NCBI GenBank assembly: GCA_963749495.1
Contig: CAVVMW010000019.1
Coordinates: forward strand, 64,001-128,000
Origin: an uncultured bacterium
GTDB lineage: Bacteria > Verrucomicrobiota > Verrucomicrobiia > Limisphaerales > UBA8199
DNA length: 64,000 bases
Direction of reading: 5' to 3'
This document shows, in pieces, positions 39,487 through 51,308 of this stretch (positions are counted from its first letter, which is position 1; each line of letters begins with the position of its first letter). The notes under the pieces were generated by a model. It was not told the origin of the DNA. It saw nothing but the letters and a program-made list of their open reading frames with translations, and made no database searches. A program made the position numbers and the translations under genes.

Positions 39487-40404
39487 ATGCCGTACGTCAG
39501 CGTCGTGATGCCCTGTTTTAATCATGATCGCTTTGTAGGCGAGTCTATACAGAGCATCCTGAATCAATCACATTCGCAGCTCCAACTTATTATCGTGGAT
39601 GACTGCTCTTCCGATGATTCGCGTCAAGTGATCCTCGATTTTGCCAAGCGCGACCCCAGGGTAACGGTGGTTTTCCACGACCGCAACCGGGGCGCGTCGA
39701 GATCCCGGAACGATGGAATCCGGATGGCGGAAGGCGATTTTATTGCCTTTTGCGACGCCGACGATCTCTGGCTCCCGAACAAATTGGCCGTACAATTGGA
39801 CCAGCTTCATCAGCATGCCGGTTATGGCGTAGCCTACTGCGACGCAACCATTGTCGATGAAACGGGCCGGCCGGTTGGTTCGCAGCGTTTCAGCCAGATG
39901 TTTCCCCCGCCCGCCAATCCGTCCGGTTCCCTGTTTGCCGATCTCTGCTTACGGAACTTCATAAACACCCAGACCGTGATGATCCGCAAGGATTGCCTTG
40001 CGCATGGCGATTTGTTCGACGAGAAGATAAAATGGGTGGAGGATTGGTGGTGCTGGATATCGCTGTCGAGACGGCATCTTTTCTACTATTCAACCCAACC
40101 CTTGGCCATGTACCGCGTGCATACCCAGAGCACATGTGTAACTCAGCGCGCCGGGTACGATGCCAACCGCTATAAGGTGCTCAGGCGCGTGATGAAGCGA
40201 TGCCCCGAGTTGAGCCCCCGCGCGAAGGCCGAGATATGGTACCATATGGGGGTGGGACTGTACCATTTGGGAAAAGGCAGGCTGGCGAGGAGATTCTTTT
40301 TGAGGAGCCTAGGGGCGAGCGTGCGTAGTCGTTGCACTCTAAGGCAGTGCGCTCGAGCTGCTTTGCGCTTTCTCTTTGGTGTGCCTGGGAGGCACTATCC
40401 ATGA
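39487..40404 (+). CDS. GT2 glycosyltransferase
   Basis: VSVVMPCFN, IVDDCSSD, AFCDADD, VEDW. Confidence 0.92.
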   Translation: MPYVSVVMPCFNHDRFVGESIQSILNQSHSQLQLIIVDDCSSDDSRQVILDFAKRDPRVTVVFHDRNRGASRSRNDGIRMAEGDFIAFCDADDLWLPNKLAVQLDQLHQHAGYGVAYCDATIVDETGRPVGSQRFSQMFPPPANPSGSLFADLCLRNFINTQTVMIRKDCLAHGDLFDEKIKWVEDWWCWISLSRRHLFYYSTQPLAMYRVHTQSTCVTQRAGYDANRYKVLRRVMKRCPELSPRAKAEIWYHMGVGLYHLGKGRLARRFFLRSLGASVRSRCTLRQCARAALRFLFGVPGRHYP

Positions 40405-40536
40405 TCTGTCGCCTGGGCCTCGCGCTGCTTACAGGCCGTGGGAATCGGGCCGAGCGGCATGGGCCCACGCTGCCGCGGATAGCCCCTGTTATGAATGTTG
40501 CACAGGAACTGAAAGCTAAAACATGGAGGAGTCCTT

Positions 40537-41154
40537 ATGGTAGTCTTCTCGAATTGGTTTCGTGGCCTTCAGCATAACGTCCTCTCAATGAAAGGCTTCC
40601 ACTTCCTGGCGACCCGGTTTGGCGGCGCGTCGTTACGAAGGTTGTCGTTCGATGCCAAGTTCCAGACCGGTGCGTGGAACTATGCAGGTGATGAGATGCT
40701 CGCGAAAGTGGTTATGCACTACGGTCGCCAGCGCAAACTATTGATCATGGGGTGCGGCGTCGCGGGCATCCTGGCCAATGCTGGCATCGCGGCGTTCAGC
40801 TCCATTCTCGGCATCGACATCTCAGGTGAAGCTATCCGGTTGGCAGGGGGCTACGAATCTCCCCGTGCCAGATTTCGACAGGCCGACATGGCTACCTTCC
40901 ACCCAGATGAAACTTACGACGTGATTCTCTTCCCAGAGTCCATTTATTACGTGCCATTTTGGAGACGCAGGCGTTTGCTGCGGAGCCTTTCGTGCAGCTT
41001 GACCCCTGGCGGATGCTTCGTCATAACAATTGCGCATCCGCTCAAATATGCCGGGCTCCTTCGCATGATTCGTCGCAACTTCACGGTTATGGAGGACAGG
41101 CACTTTGAAGGATCGACCAGGCACCTAATTGTTTTCGGCCCCGAAACCAAGTGA
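40537..41154 (+). CDS. Class I SAM-dependent methyltransferase
   Basis: LIMGCGVAG, GIDIS, YDVILFPESIYY, LTPGG; GGAGG upstream. Confidence 0.8.
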   Translation: MVVFSNWFRGLQHNVLSMKGFHFLATRFGGASLRRLSFDAKFQTGAWNYAGDEMLAKVVMHYGRQRKLLIMGCGVAGILANAGIAAFSSILGIDISGEAIRLAGGYESPRARFRQADMATFHPDETYDVILFPESIYYVPFWRRRRLLRSLSCSLTPGGCFVITIAHPLKYAGLLRMIRRNFTVMEDRHFEGSTRHLIVFGPETK

Positions 41155-41370
41155 GGGCCAACGGCCTGATAGCTGTCGGAAGCGCGCCGAGCCCCCACTG
41201 TGTCACGCTAAGCCAGCAGGTGCGGCGGGTGCAATCGTTCGCTGTACCTTTCGCATCCGTCTTCTCGGCCTGGGGAGCTGAAAGAAAATGAAGCCGCGAT
41301 TAGCGGACCAGTTCCTCCCTCCGGACTTTGCACCCGGATGAAACCGGCCAATTCCGAAATCGATCATAGA

Positions 41371-42672
41371 ATGAAATTGCTGCTTGTTAATCCGTATGCC
41401 TTCACCCACGGTTGGAGTGGCGATACGCTTCGTACGATAGAGATGTCGCGGGTCCTCTCCAGGCTGGGCTGGCAGGTGAGTCTTTTGTGCTGCAAGCGGC
41501 CGAAAGATGCCCGAGTGAAGCCTGTGATTGGCGCGTTTTCAGGCCGCGTCGTGACGGCGCCATTCAATGGACCTTATCCTGCGTTCTTTAACCGCAGAGG
41601 CTTTGGGCGTCTTTACAAATGGTGGCGGTTTCTGTTGTGTCCAGGCGAGCAGCAGGATTCTGAGCAGGTGATGGCGGCTCGGGTAGTACGATTCGCAAGG
41701 GATTCGGCTATTCCGAAACCGGATCTGATTTGTGGGACTACTATGGGCCAATTGGCGGGGCCCCTCGCGGCCCAACACTTGGGTGCTCATTTCCAGTGCC
41801 CCTTCGTCGTCGAATTCCGAGATCCGATTCCCTATCCCGGAAGGCCCCCACTGCCGCCCGATAGGAAGTCCCTGTTGGAGTCGTGCCTCTCGCGCAGCGC
41901 GCTCATACTGACGACCACTGAAGGCATTCAGCAAAAGGTCGAGGAGGAATTTCCCGTCGTCCGGGGCAGGGTTCGAACCTTCTACTCATGCTATGCCGAT
42001 GATGTTCGGCCTCCAGCAAGTGGGGTCTCGAAGCAGGGGAACCTGGTGTTAGTCCATGCGGGGGTGCTGCTCTATGTGTATGGTGGCAAGCGGCGCAACG
42101 CGACGACCTTGGTGCAGGCGATTGGGGAAGCCGCAAGATCGGAACCCTCTGCTCAGGGGCGGATCAATTTGCGGTTGATCGGTGCGGGCAGGGGAGGCGA
42201 AGAGGCGGTTGCCGTGGCGCGTGAGCTTAAGATCCCTTGGGCGGTCGAACTGCTGCCGCAAATGCCTCCAGAGGCCTGCCTGGCTGAGATGGATCGCGCC
42301 GACGTGCTGGTCGCGATAAAGTTCGACGACGCGGATTACGACCTGCAGGTGCCGGGAAAGGTGTTTCAATATCTCGGACGGGGCAAGCCAATCCTTGGCC
42401 TTATGCGCGAGACCGAGGCTGCGAGGATTCTACGCCGTTCGGGGCTTGGGATTGTGGTGAGCAGCTCCGACGTTGCAGGAATCTCTGCAGCCGTGATCGA
42501 CCTTTGGAGGAACCGCGCGTGTCTCCCTGGGAGATTTCAGCCCGATTGGGATTATATCGGGCAGTTTTCTCTCAGCGCGATGGGCAAGCGTCTCGACCGA
42601 GAACTGAGAGATGTGCTGGGAGCTCAAAGGGCGATTTCCATGAAGGGAGCCAGCGTACCGCCGCTGAAATGA
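41371..42672 (+). CDS. GT4-like glycosyltransferase
   Basis: MKLLLVNPY, VVEFRDP, ADVL...VPGKVFQYLGRGKPIL. Confidence 0.85.
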   Translation: MKLLLVNPYAFTHGWSGDTLRTIEMSRVLSRLGWQVSLLCCKRPKDARVKPVIGAFSGRVVTAPFNGPYPAFFNRRGFGRLYKWWRFLLCPGEQQDSEQVMAARVVRFARDSAIPKPDLICGTTMGQLAGPLAAQHLGAHFQCPFVVEFRDPIPYPGRPPLPPDRKSLLESCLSRSALILTTTEGIQQKVEEEFPVVRGRVRTFYSCYADDVRPPASGVSKQGNLVLVHAGVLLYVYGGKRRNATTLVQAIGEAARSEPSAQGRINLRLIGAGRGGEEAVAVARELKIPWAVELLPQMPPEACLAEMDRADVLVAIKFDDADYDLQVPGKVFQYLGRGKPILGLMRETEAARILRRSGLGIVVSSSDVAGISAAVIDLWRNRACLPGRFQPDWDYIGQFSLSAMGKRLDRELRDVLGAQRAISMKGASVPPLK

Positions 42673-42678
42673 ACAAGT

Positions 42679-43696
42679 ATGAATGAGCCTTTAGTCGGTA
42701 TTGTCGTTCCTGTGTACAACGGCGCCGAATACCTCCAGGAGTGCCTCGCCGCAATCCTGTCTCAGACGTATTCCAACTGGAGAGCGGTCGTGGTTGACAA
42801 CTGCAGCCAGGACGAGACCGGGGCGGTCGCCGATGAATTCGCGCGCCGGGACGCTCGGTTCCGAGTCGTGCATTGCGCGGACTTTTTGAGCCAACAGGAG
42901 AATTACAATCGGGCCGTTGCGTGTGCTCCCGAAGGCTCGCTCTTCATCAAAATGGTGGAGGCGGACAATTGGATCGCGCCGGATTGTGTCAAACGCATGC
43001 TTGAGGTGGCGGATAGCGACGCCGAGATCGGAGTCGTTGGCGCTTATTATTTGAAGGGACTGGCCTTGATGGGCAGCGGGATCCCCTACAGGACTTGTGT
43101 TCTCTCAGGCAGAGAAGTGTGCCGTATGCACCTGCTGGAGAGCGTTTATTTTCTGGGCACTCCCACAACCTTGATGTTTCGAAAAGCAGACTCTCCAGGA
43201 TGCCTCCCCGTGTTTCCAACCAGGTCTGTTATGGGACGATGTGGACTTGTGTTTCCGCATCTTGCGCCGGTGGAAGTTCGGCTTCGTGCACCAGGTTCTG
43301 GCATTTTTGCGTGTTGATAACCATGGGGTGATGAGCCAGTATTCGGGCTTTGACTTTAATCCTGCCAGACAGCGGCTCCTGACAGAGCAATATGGGGCCA
43401 TCTGTTTGACACCGGCGGAGCTGCACCGCGCTCAGGAAGCGACAGAGCGGATCTATTTGCGGCGACTGGGACATGCGTTGGTTACGCGGCGGAACGGGCG
43501 GTATTGGGAGTTTCACCGCCAGGTTTTTCGTTTGTTGGGACGCGAACTCCGATCAAGCAGGTTGTTTTGGCCGGCCGCACTTGCATTGCTGGATCTGGTG
43601 CTGAACCCCAAGAGCAGTTGTGAGAGAATTGCCGCGCGTTTGAAGGGACCAGAGTTGGCAGCCCCTCCCGGCGACTCCGGAAAAAGCGGGGCGTGA
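42679..43696 (+). CDS. GT2 glycosyltransferase; apparent frameshift at ~43190
   Basis: IVVPVYNG, VDNCSQD, EADNW, GTPTTLMFRK, then DDVDLCFRIL...FVHQVL in the shifted frame. Confidence 0.82.
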
Positions 43697-43811
43697 GACT
43701 CGCAAGGCGCCGTCAAGCCGGTTGGGGGCGCGAGCCTGGGATCACGCTTCCGCCCAGTGTCTTCGCGATAAGGGAAGGGGAAAATCCCCCCTCCGATGAG
43801 GCATCTGAATC

Positions 43812-45329
43812 GTGGCTAGCGACATTAGAAATCGCACGATCCGCGGGGTGAGCTGGAGCGCGGTGTCACAGGTTGTGACCCAGGGTTTCACGCTCGCGAT
43901 CTCCATCGTCGTGGCCCGAATCCTCGGGCCGAAGGCGTACGGGTTGATTGGGATGGTTACGGTTTTCACCGGGTTCGCAGCGCTATTCGGCGGATTGGGG
44001 CTCGGCGCGGCCATCATCCAGCGAAAGCAACTGGAACCACGGCATCTGAACACGGCCTTCTGGGTCAATGCCGTGTTTGGAAGCGCGATGACCTTGTTGG
44101 TGGTGGCCCTGGCCCCCTTGGTGGCGTGGTTTTACAGGGAACCGCGCCTGACAGCACTCACAGCCTTCATCGCACTGCGGTTTTTGCTCGACTCGCTAAA
44201 CGTGGTGCAGGGCGCCCTGCTGAGCCGTGAGATGCGTTTCCGAGGCCTCGCGGCGGTTCAGATCGGCAGCAGCGTGGCGTCCGGCCTTTTGGGTTTGGGC
44301 ATGGCGCTAGGCGGCATGGGGGTCTGGAGTCTGGTGGCGCAAACGCTCGGCGGCTCGGTGGCACAACTGCTGCTGCTGTGGAGGCTGGCCGATTGGCGAC
44401 CTTGCTGGTCCTTCGAATGGCGAGCCTGCAAAGAGTTGTTCGGGTTCAGCGCTTCGGTGCTTGGGTTCGATGTCGTGAACTACTGGGCCAGGACACTGGA
44501 TCAGTTGCTCATCGGGCGCAGTGCGGGAGCCAGCGCGCTGGGCGTTTACTCGCGGGCCTATACTTTGATGCTCCTGCCATTGACCCAGGTGTCAAGGGTG
44601 GTAATAAGTGTGATGTTTCCGGCATTATCTTCCATACAGGACGATAGACCAAGGGTCAAGCGCGCGTATTTGAAGGCCATTGGGATGATTGCGTTCCTCA
44701 CCTTTCCGATGATGGTTGGCTTGTTTGCGGTGGCAAACCATTTTGTTCTGGCGTTGCTCGGCGCCAAATGGGCGGAAACCATCCCCATTCTTAAACTCTT
44801 TTGCTGGGTGGGGCTGATCCAATCGATATTGGCCACTGTCGGGGTGATTTACACCTCTCAGGGCAAGACCGGTTTATACCTGACCATGGGGGTGATTGGT
44901 TCAGCGGGCTGCGCAATTGCGTTCCTCATCGGGATTCATTGGGGAATCATGGGTGTGGCGTGGGCGTACTCCATAACCACGGCGCTTTTTGTGTACCCGT
45001 TTTTCACAGTTCCCGGCCGGCTGATCGGCCTTTCCCTGGCAGAGGCGATGAAGGGCCTGGGCGCAACGTTCTTGTGTTCCCTGGCCATGGGGTCAATCGT
45101 GGCGGGCGCCGGGGTCTTGTTGCCGGCCGAAATGGCCCATTGGCGCTTTCTGGCAGTGCAAATCCCGCTGGGGATCGCATCCTATTTCACGCTGGTCGCC
45201 GCGTTGAAGCTCAATGCCTGGGTGGAGGTTCGGCGCGTTTTGTCGGATATGCTGCCGGGTCGTCTCGAGGCGTTGGTGCTGATGCTGCGGCGATGGGGTT
45301 TCCGGAAAAGGGGCAATTGGGCTGAATAG
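43812..45329 (+). CDS. wzx: Wzx (MOP/PST) flippase
   Basis: VARILGPKAYGLIG, LGAAIIQ, DQLLIGR...LGVYSRAY; ~12-14 TM. Confidence 0.92.
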   Translation: MASDIRNRTIRGVSWSAVSQVVTQGFTLAISIVVARILGPKAYGLIGMVTVFTGFAALFGGLGLGAAIIQRKQLEPRHLNTAFWVNAVFGSAMTLLVVALAPLVAWFYREPRLTALTAFIALRFLLDSLNVVQGALLSREMRFRGLAAVQIGSSVASGLLGLGMALGGMGVWSLVAQTLGGSVAQLLLLWRLADWRPCWSFEWRACKELFGFSASVLGFDVVNYWARTLDQLLIGRSAGASALGVYSRAYTLMLLPLTQVSRVVISVMFPALSSIQDDRPRVKRAYLKAIGMIAFLTFPMMVGLFAVANHFVLALLGAKWAETIPILKLFCWVGLIQSILATVGVIYTSQGKTGLYLTMGVIGSAGCAIAFLIGIHWGIMGVAWAYSITTALFVYPFFTVPGRLIGLSLAEAMKGLGATFLCSLAMGSIVAGAGVLLPAEMAHWRFLAVQIPLGIASYFTLVAALKLNAWVEVRRVLSDMLPGRLEALVLMLRRWGFRKRGNWAE

Positions 45330-45387
45330 GGCGGCATAGTGTCGCAATCTTCTTGGAGAGGGATCATGCTAGAGGTCATTTTTGCCC
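45316..45387 (+). repeat. Copy 1 of an imperfect ~70-bp direct repeat (copy 2 at 50218-50290)
   Basis: ATTGGGCTGAAYAGGGCGSCATAGTGTCGYAATCTTYTTGGAGAGGGATCATGC shared. Confidence 0.85.
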
Positions 45388-45695
45388 GAGTTCGACGAGC
45401 TGTTTGCGGTGTCCGACGGCCCGGCAACGGCTGCGCCCCGATGAATGCCGCCGACTGCCCGGTGGCAGACCCCATCTCGCGCACGATTTGTTTGAGTTCA
45501 CCCCCAGGCGCAATAGCCTGTCCGGCAGCCGCTTGCGGCGAATCGAGGCCGCTTTTTTGCCGAAGGTTTGCAGGAAGCTGATTTTGGTTGCAAATTGATT
45601 CAGAATGCCATAGAATGAGGCCGCATGTGATTATCGGGGGAATCCCCCCGGCTTTGCCGAGGAGACTCTCAGGGTTCGACATACGTACTCGTTCT

Positions 45696-48600
45696 ATGAC
45701 GCCTCTGAAGCATAAGACCAGAGCCGAGGGCGCGGTTACCATCACGCGTATCGCGTGCCTCGCCCTGCTCGTCCCGATTGTGGTTAGTGGGGGGGTGGGT
45801 CCGGCCTACCCGCTCAAGCTGTCTGCCGGGAATCATTATCTGGTGGACCAGGCCGGAACGCCGTTTTTCATCCAGGGCGAGGCCGCCTGGTCGCTGATTG
45901 CGCAACTAGATACGGCGGACGTGGAGACGTATCTGAGTGACCGTTTGGGCGAAGGGTTTCAACACGATCATCGTGAACCTGATTGAGCATTATTATGCCG
46001 ACAATGCCCCGGCGAATTACTACGGAGTTTATCCGTTCACCAACAAACTGAGCGGCGGCTATTGGGATTTCAGCAGTATCAACCCTGATTATTTTACCAA
46101 CTCCGACGCGGCGATCAGTCGCGCGGGTTACTATGGTATCCAAGTGATTCTTGCTCCGGCCTATCTTGGCTATGACGGGGGTTCCCAGGGCTGGTATCAG
46201 GACATGATAAACAACAGCCTTGTCAATCTTACGAATTGGGGCACTTTTGTTGGGAACAGATACAAGGGATACACGAACATCATCTGGTTGAGCGGCTGCG
46301 ATTACGAGGCTCCTAACAAGACAGTGGTAGATGCTGTAGCAACGGGCATTCTTCAATCTGACCCGAATCACTTGATGACCGCGCACTGCGTCCGGGGCGA
46401 CTCGGCCTTCGATTACTACACGGAATCCTGGGACAAGTTCGATTCGACCTACACCGCGAACATCACCTACATAAAAACACTTTCGGATTATCAGCGCAGT
46501 CCGGTTTCGCCCACCTTTCTCATAGAGGCATACTATGAAGTCCCTGGCAATTCAAGTTACCCGGCTATTCAAACCCGGCAGGAGGCTTACGGGGCAGTGC
46601 TGAGCGGGGCGATGGGCGGTTGTTTCGGGGTGGACAAGATTGATGTCTTTTCATCCGGCTGGCAGGCAAATCTCCAAAGCCCCGGTTCGCTCGCCTACAC
46701 GAACCTGATAAAGCTGGTTCGGACGCGACCTTGGTACAACTGCGTCCCCGACAGCGGGCATACGGTGGTGACAAGCGGTTACGGCACCTCGGGGCAGACG
46801 GACTACATCACGGCGATGCGGGAGAGCACTGGCAAGACTATCATCGCGTATGTTCCACAGGATCAAATGACGTTTACCGTTGCGATGAATCAGATTTCAG
46901 GCAGCACTGTGAACGCGTGGTGGTATAATCCGCGGGACGGGACCGCGACCCTCTTCGCTGCTTACGCGACGAGCGGGAGCCAGTCCTTCACTCCACCGGA
47001 CGCAAGTGATTGGGTGCTCGTGTTGGACGATGCTTCGCAGAACTATGTTCCTCCGGGGGGTGCGGTGGCGGCGGAGTTGGCGGTGACCAGCACCAGTCTG
47101 CCAAACGCGGTGGCAGGTGCGGCCTACTCGTTTCAATTGCAGGCAGGTGGAGGGACTCCTCCCTACGGTTGGACCTTGGCCGCCGGCGCGCTGCCATCGG
47201 GGCTGGCTCTGGCACCCGACGGACTGGTGAACGGCACCCCGGGGACAGCCGGAACATTTGATTTTACTGTTCAGGTGACGGACGCGAATTCGGCGAGCGC
47301 GGCTCAGGCATTGGTGTTGACGGTGGGTGCGGGGCCCACGATCACAGCGCAGCCGCAGAGCGCGGCGGTGGCGGCTGGGCAGGCGGCGCAATTCACGGTG
47401 GTGGCGAGCGGGACGGCGCCGTTGAGTTACCAGTGGCAGTTTGGTGGAACGGCGATTGCCGGGGCGACGGCCGGCAGCTACAGCATCGCCAGCGTGCAGG
47501 CGGCCAACGCGGGCAGTTATAGCGTGGTGGTGGCGAACAACTACGGGAGCGTGACCAGCAGCGCGGCGGTGCTGACGGTGGGTGCGGGGCCCACGATCAC
47601 AGCGCAGCCGCAGAGCGCGGCGGTGGCGGCTGGGCAGGCGGCGCAATTCACGGTGGGGGCGAGCGGGACGGCGCCGTTGAGTTACCAGTGGCAGTTTGGT
47701 GGAGTGGCGATTGCCGGGGCGACGGCCAGCGGCTACAGCATCGCCAGCGCGCAGGCGGCCAACGCGGGCAGTTACAGCGTGGTGGTGACGAACAACTACG
47801 GGAGCGTGACCAGCAGCGCGGCGGTGTTGACGGTGCAGCCAGGCGGGGGCGGCGCGACCGATCTGCTCAGCCAAATGAATCCCAATTTCGTCTGGTTGAG
47901 TCAAACGCTGGCAAGTGGCAATGTGACGACATGGATTGATTTGTCAAACAGCCTGGCGTTCACGACGTCGAAACAGAGGAGGGGCAATTATCCCACCAAC
48001 AACACTGCCGCCAATGCTGGCGTGTATTTCAATGGGAATGGCAGTTGCTTTATGACGAACACGGGCATTGCCTTGAGCGGGAGTGGAAACTGGACCATAG
48101 CCTCTACTATAATGACGCCCGGCCTCAGTTTCTATTACGGGAGCCTGGGTTCAGATGTGAACGGGCATAACGGGGCCTTTTGGTCTTGTCACCCGGTGTG
48201 CTTGGATTTGTGCTGGGGCAACAGCGACCACGAAAGTCCAGCATCTTCCCTTGCGGCTGGAGTTCGTTACAACATAATGGTTTCGTCGAGCGCCGGGGCA
48301 AGGACGGTGTGGACTAACGGTGTTCAACTGATGACCGCCAATGGATTCCCAACTTGGGTCCTTTCCAACATTGGTGACGATAGTGGAGACGCATACAAAG
48401 GCTATATCCAGAGATTTGTTGTCTGGACCAATGCCGCGAAGACGCTCACCGACGCCGTGAACTGGAATACGTATTGTAGCACCAGCAATGCGGGGCCCAC
48501 GATCACGGCGCAGCCGCAGAGCGTGGCGGTGGCGGCTGGGCAGGCGGCGCAATTCACGGTGGGGGCGAGCGGGACGGCTCCGTTGAGTTACCAGTGGCAG

Positions 48601-50165
48601 TTTGGTGGAACGGCGATTGCCGGGGCGACGGCCAGCGGCTACAGCATCGCCAGCGTGCAGGCGGCCAACGCGGGCAGTTATAGCGTGGTGGTGACGAACA
48701 ACTACGGGAGCGTGACGAGCAGCGCGGCGGTGTTGACGGTGGGTGCGGGGCCCACGATCACAGCGCAGCCGCAGAGCGCGGCGGTGGCGGCTGGGCAGGC
48801 GGCGCAATTCACGGTGGGGGCGAGCGGGACGGCTCCGTTGAGTTACCAGTGGCAGTTTGGTGGAACGGCGATTGCCGGGGCGACGGCCAGCAGCTACAGC
48901 ATCGCCAGCGCGCAGGCGGCCAACGCGGGCAGTTACAGCGTGGTGGTGACGAACAACTACGGGAGCGTGACCAGCAGCGCGGCGGTGTTGACGATGGGTG
49001 CGGGGCCACGATCACAGCGCAGCCGCAGAGCGTGGCGGTGGCGGCAGGGCAGACGGCGCAATTCACGGTGGTGGCGAGCGGGACGGCGCCGTTGAGTTAC
49101 CAGTGGCAGTTTGGCGGAGCGGCGATTGCCGGGGCGACGGCCAGCAGCTACAGCATCGCCAGCGTGCAGGCGGCCAACGCGGGCAGTTATAGCGTGGTGG
49201 TGACGAACAACTACGGGAGCGTGACCAGCAGCGCGGCGGTGCTGACGGTGGGTGCGGGGCCCACGATCACAGCGCAGCCGCAGAGCGCGGCGGTGGCGGC
49301 TGGGCAGGCGGCGCAATTCACGGTGGGGGCGAGCGGGACGGCGCCGTTGAGTTACCAGTGGCAGTTTGGTGGAGTGGCGATTGCCGGGGCGACGGCCAGC
49401 GGCTACAGCATCGCCAGCGCGCAGGCGGCCAACGCGGGCAGTTACAGCGTGGTGGTGACGAACAACTACGGGAGCGTGACCAGCAGCGCGGCGGTGTTGA
49501 CGGTGCAGCCAGGCGGGGGCGGTGCGAGCGATCTGCTCAGCCAAATGAATCCCAATTTCGTCTGGTTAAGCAAAACACTGGCAAGTGGCAATGTGACGAC
49601 ATGGACTGATTTGTCAAACAGCCTGGCCTTCAGGACGTCGAAACAGACGAAGGGCAATTATCCGACCAACAACACTGCCGCCAATGCCGGCGTATATTTC
49701 AATGGGAATGGCAGTTGCTTTATGACGAACACGGGCATTGCCTTGAGCGGGAGTGGAAACTGGACCATAGCCTCTACTATAATGACGCCCGGCCTCAGTT
49801 TCTATTACGGGAGCCTGGGTTCAGATGTGAAGGGGAATAACGGGGTCTTTTGGTCTTGTCAACCGGTGTGCTTGGATTTGTTTTGGGGCAACACCGACCA
49901 CGAAAGTCCAGCGTCTTCCCTCGCGGCTGGAGTTCGCTACAACATGATGGTTTCGTCGAGCGCCGGGGCAAGTACGGTGTGGACTAACGGCGTTCAACTG
50001 ATGACCACCAAGGGATTCCCAACTTGGATCCTTTCCAACATTGGTGACAATAGTGGAGACGCATACAAAGGCTATATCCAGAGATTTGTTGTCTGGACCA
50101 ATGCCGCGAAGACGCTCACCGACGCCGTGAACTGGAATACGTATTGTAGCACCAACAATCCATGA
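45696..50165 (+). CDS. Secreted DUF4038/apiosidase-like glycoside hydrolase + collagen-binding + putative Ig + six Ig repeats + two LamG-like domains; frameshifts at ~45946 and ~49006
   Basis: YPLKLS...GTPFFIQGEAAW, NIIWLSG, FLIEAYYE, WWYNPRDG, DWVLVL; PTITAQPQS...SYQW Ig repeats of 255 bp; 49001-49010 lacks one C relative to sibling repeats. Confidence 0.83.
47326..50155 (+). repeat. Six 255-bp Ig repeats and a duplicated ~650-bp domain
   Basis: GCGGGGCCCACGATCAC-type starts at ~47329, 47584, 48490, 48745, 49000, 49254; 47836-48485 nearly identical to 49506-50155. Confidence 0.9.
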
Positions 50166-50267
50166 AACGTGTTCTTCCTCTTCTGACGGCGCTGTTCTTC
50201 TGTCTCGGCCTGCTTGGATTGGGCTGAACAGGGCGCCATAGTGTCGTAATCTTTTTGGAGAGGGATC

Positions 50268-51308
50268 ATGCGAGACGTTATTGTTGCCCAAATGTCGAGG
50301 TCGAGAATTGTTCGAAGGTGTTTGGGCCGGCCCTATATGGCTTTCAGCAAGTGGCTTTGGGCCCGCCTTCCTTCCTCTGTAGCCGCGTCCCGCGTGGCGG
50401 TCTGGTACGGCCGGCATCTGCACAAACTGGTTCAATTACGAGGCGACCGACGGATGTCTATTGGCACGTATTTTCTTCGGAATCGGCCTGAGCTGGAATG
50501 CATGTGCCGCTTGTCGGATCATAGGGATAAGGGGTCGTCCTTGGCGATCTCCGTTTTGGCCTGCAGCAAAGGCGCTGAGGTATATTCGATTGCGTTTGCG
50601 CTCCGCACCGCGCGCCCTGACCTGAAAGTCGGGATACGTGCGTTGGACATCTCGAAGGAGGTTTTAGAATTCGCCGAGGCGGGACACTACTCCCTTAAGG
50701 CCCTCGGTGGATTAAGCTGGCCGAACCCCTCGCTGATTGCCGAAAAGGGGGAATTGGCCTGGAACACCTGGAGGGGCCAGAACATTTCCATCTTTGAGAG
50801 AATGACTCCGGCAGAGATGGAGGCGATGTTCGACAAGGAAGGAGATGAAGTCAGGGTCAAGCCACGGTTCAGGGAGGGGATTACCTGGCAGGTTGGCGAT
50901 GCCGCAGATCCAGAACTGGCCAACAGGCTGGAGCCTCAGGATGTCGTGGTGGCGAGCAATTTCCTGTGTCATCTGGGGCCGGAGGATGCGGAAAAATGTC
51001 TGCGCAACATTGCCCGGCTGGTCAAACCGGGCGGATACTTGTTTGTCTCGGGTGTAGATTTGCAGGTGCGGACAAAAGTTGCCTCGGAACTCTGCTGGGA
51101 GCCGGTCACAGACCTTATAAAGGAGATGCACGAGGGTGATCCTTCGTTGAGAACTGTCTGGCCATGGAACTACTGCGCCCTGGAACCACTGGATTCACGG
51201 CGCGCCGATTGGAACATTCGCTATGCTTCAGTGTTTCAAATTGGCGAAATCTCTGACTCAACAAGCGGTGATGCGCAAGGTTGTCCCTATGAAGATTGGC
51301 CTTCTTGA
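50268..51308 (+). CDS. CheR-like SAM-dependent methyltransferase
   Basis: TYFLRN, ACSKGAEVYS, ALDIS, DVVVASNFLCH, VKPGGYLF. Confidence 0.85.
   Translation: MRDVIVAQMSRSRIVRRCLGRPYMAFSKWLWARLPSSVAASRVAVWYGRHLHKLVQLRGDRRMSIGTYFLRNRPELECMCRLSDHRDKGSSLAISVLACSKGAEVYSIAFALRTARPDLKVGIRALDISKEVLEFAEAGHYSLKALGGLSWPNPSLIAEKGELAWNTWRGQNISIFERMTPAEMEAMFDKEGDEVRVKPRFREGITWQVGDAADPELANRLEPQDVVVASNFLCHLGPEDAEKCLRNIARLVKPGGYLFVSGVDLQVRTKVASELCWEPVTDLIKEMHEGDPSLRTVWPWNYCALEPLDSRRADWNIRYASVFQIGEISDSTSGDAQGCPYEDWPS

Noticed and set aside
47836..50155. Possible diversity-generating retroelement TR/VR pair
   Set aside because: Differences between the copies are not adenine-specific, both copies are in the same reading frame of one gene, and no reverse transcriptase is present
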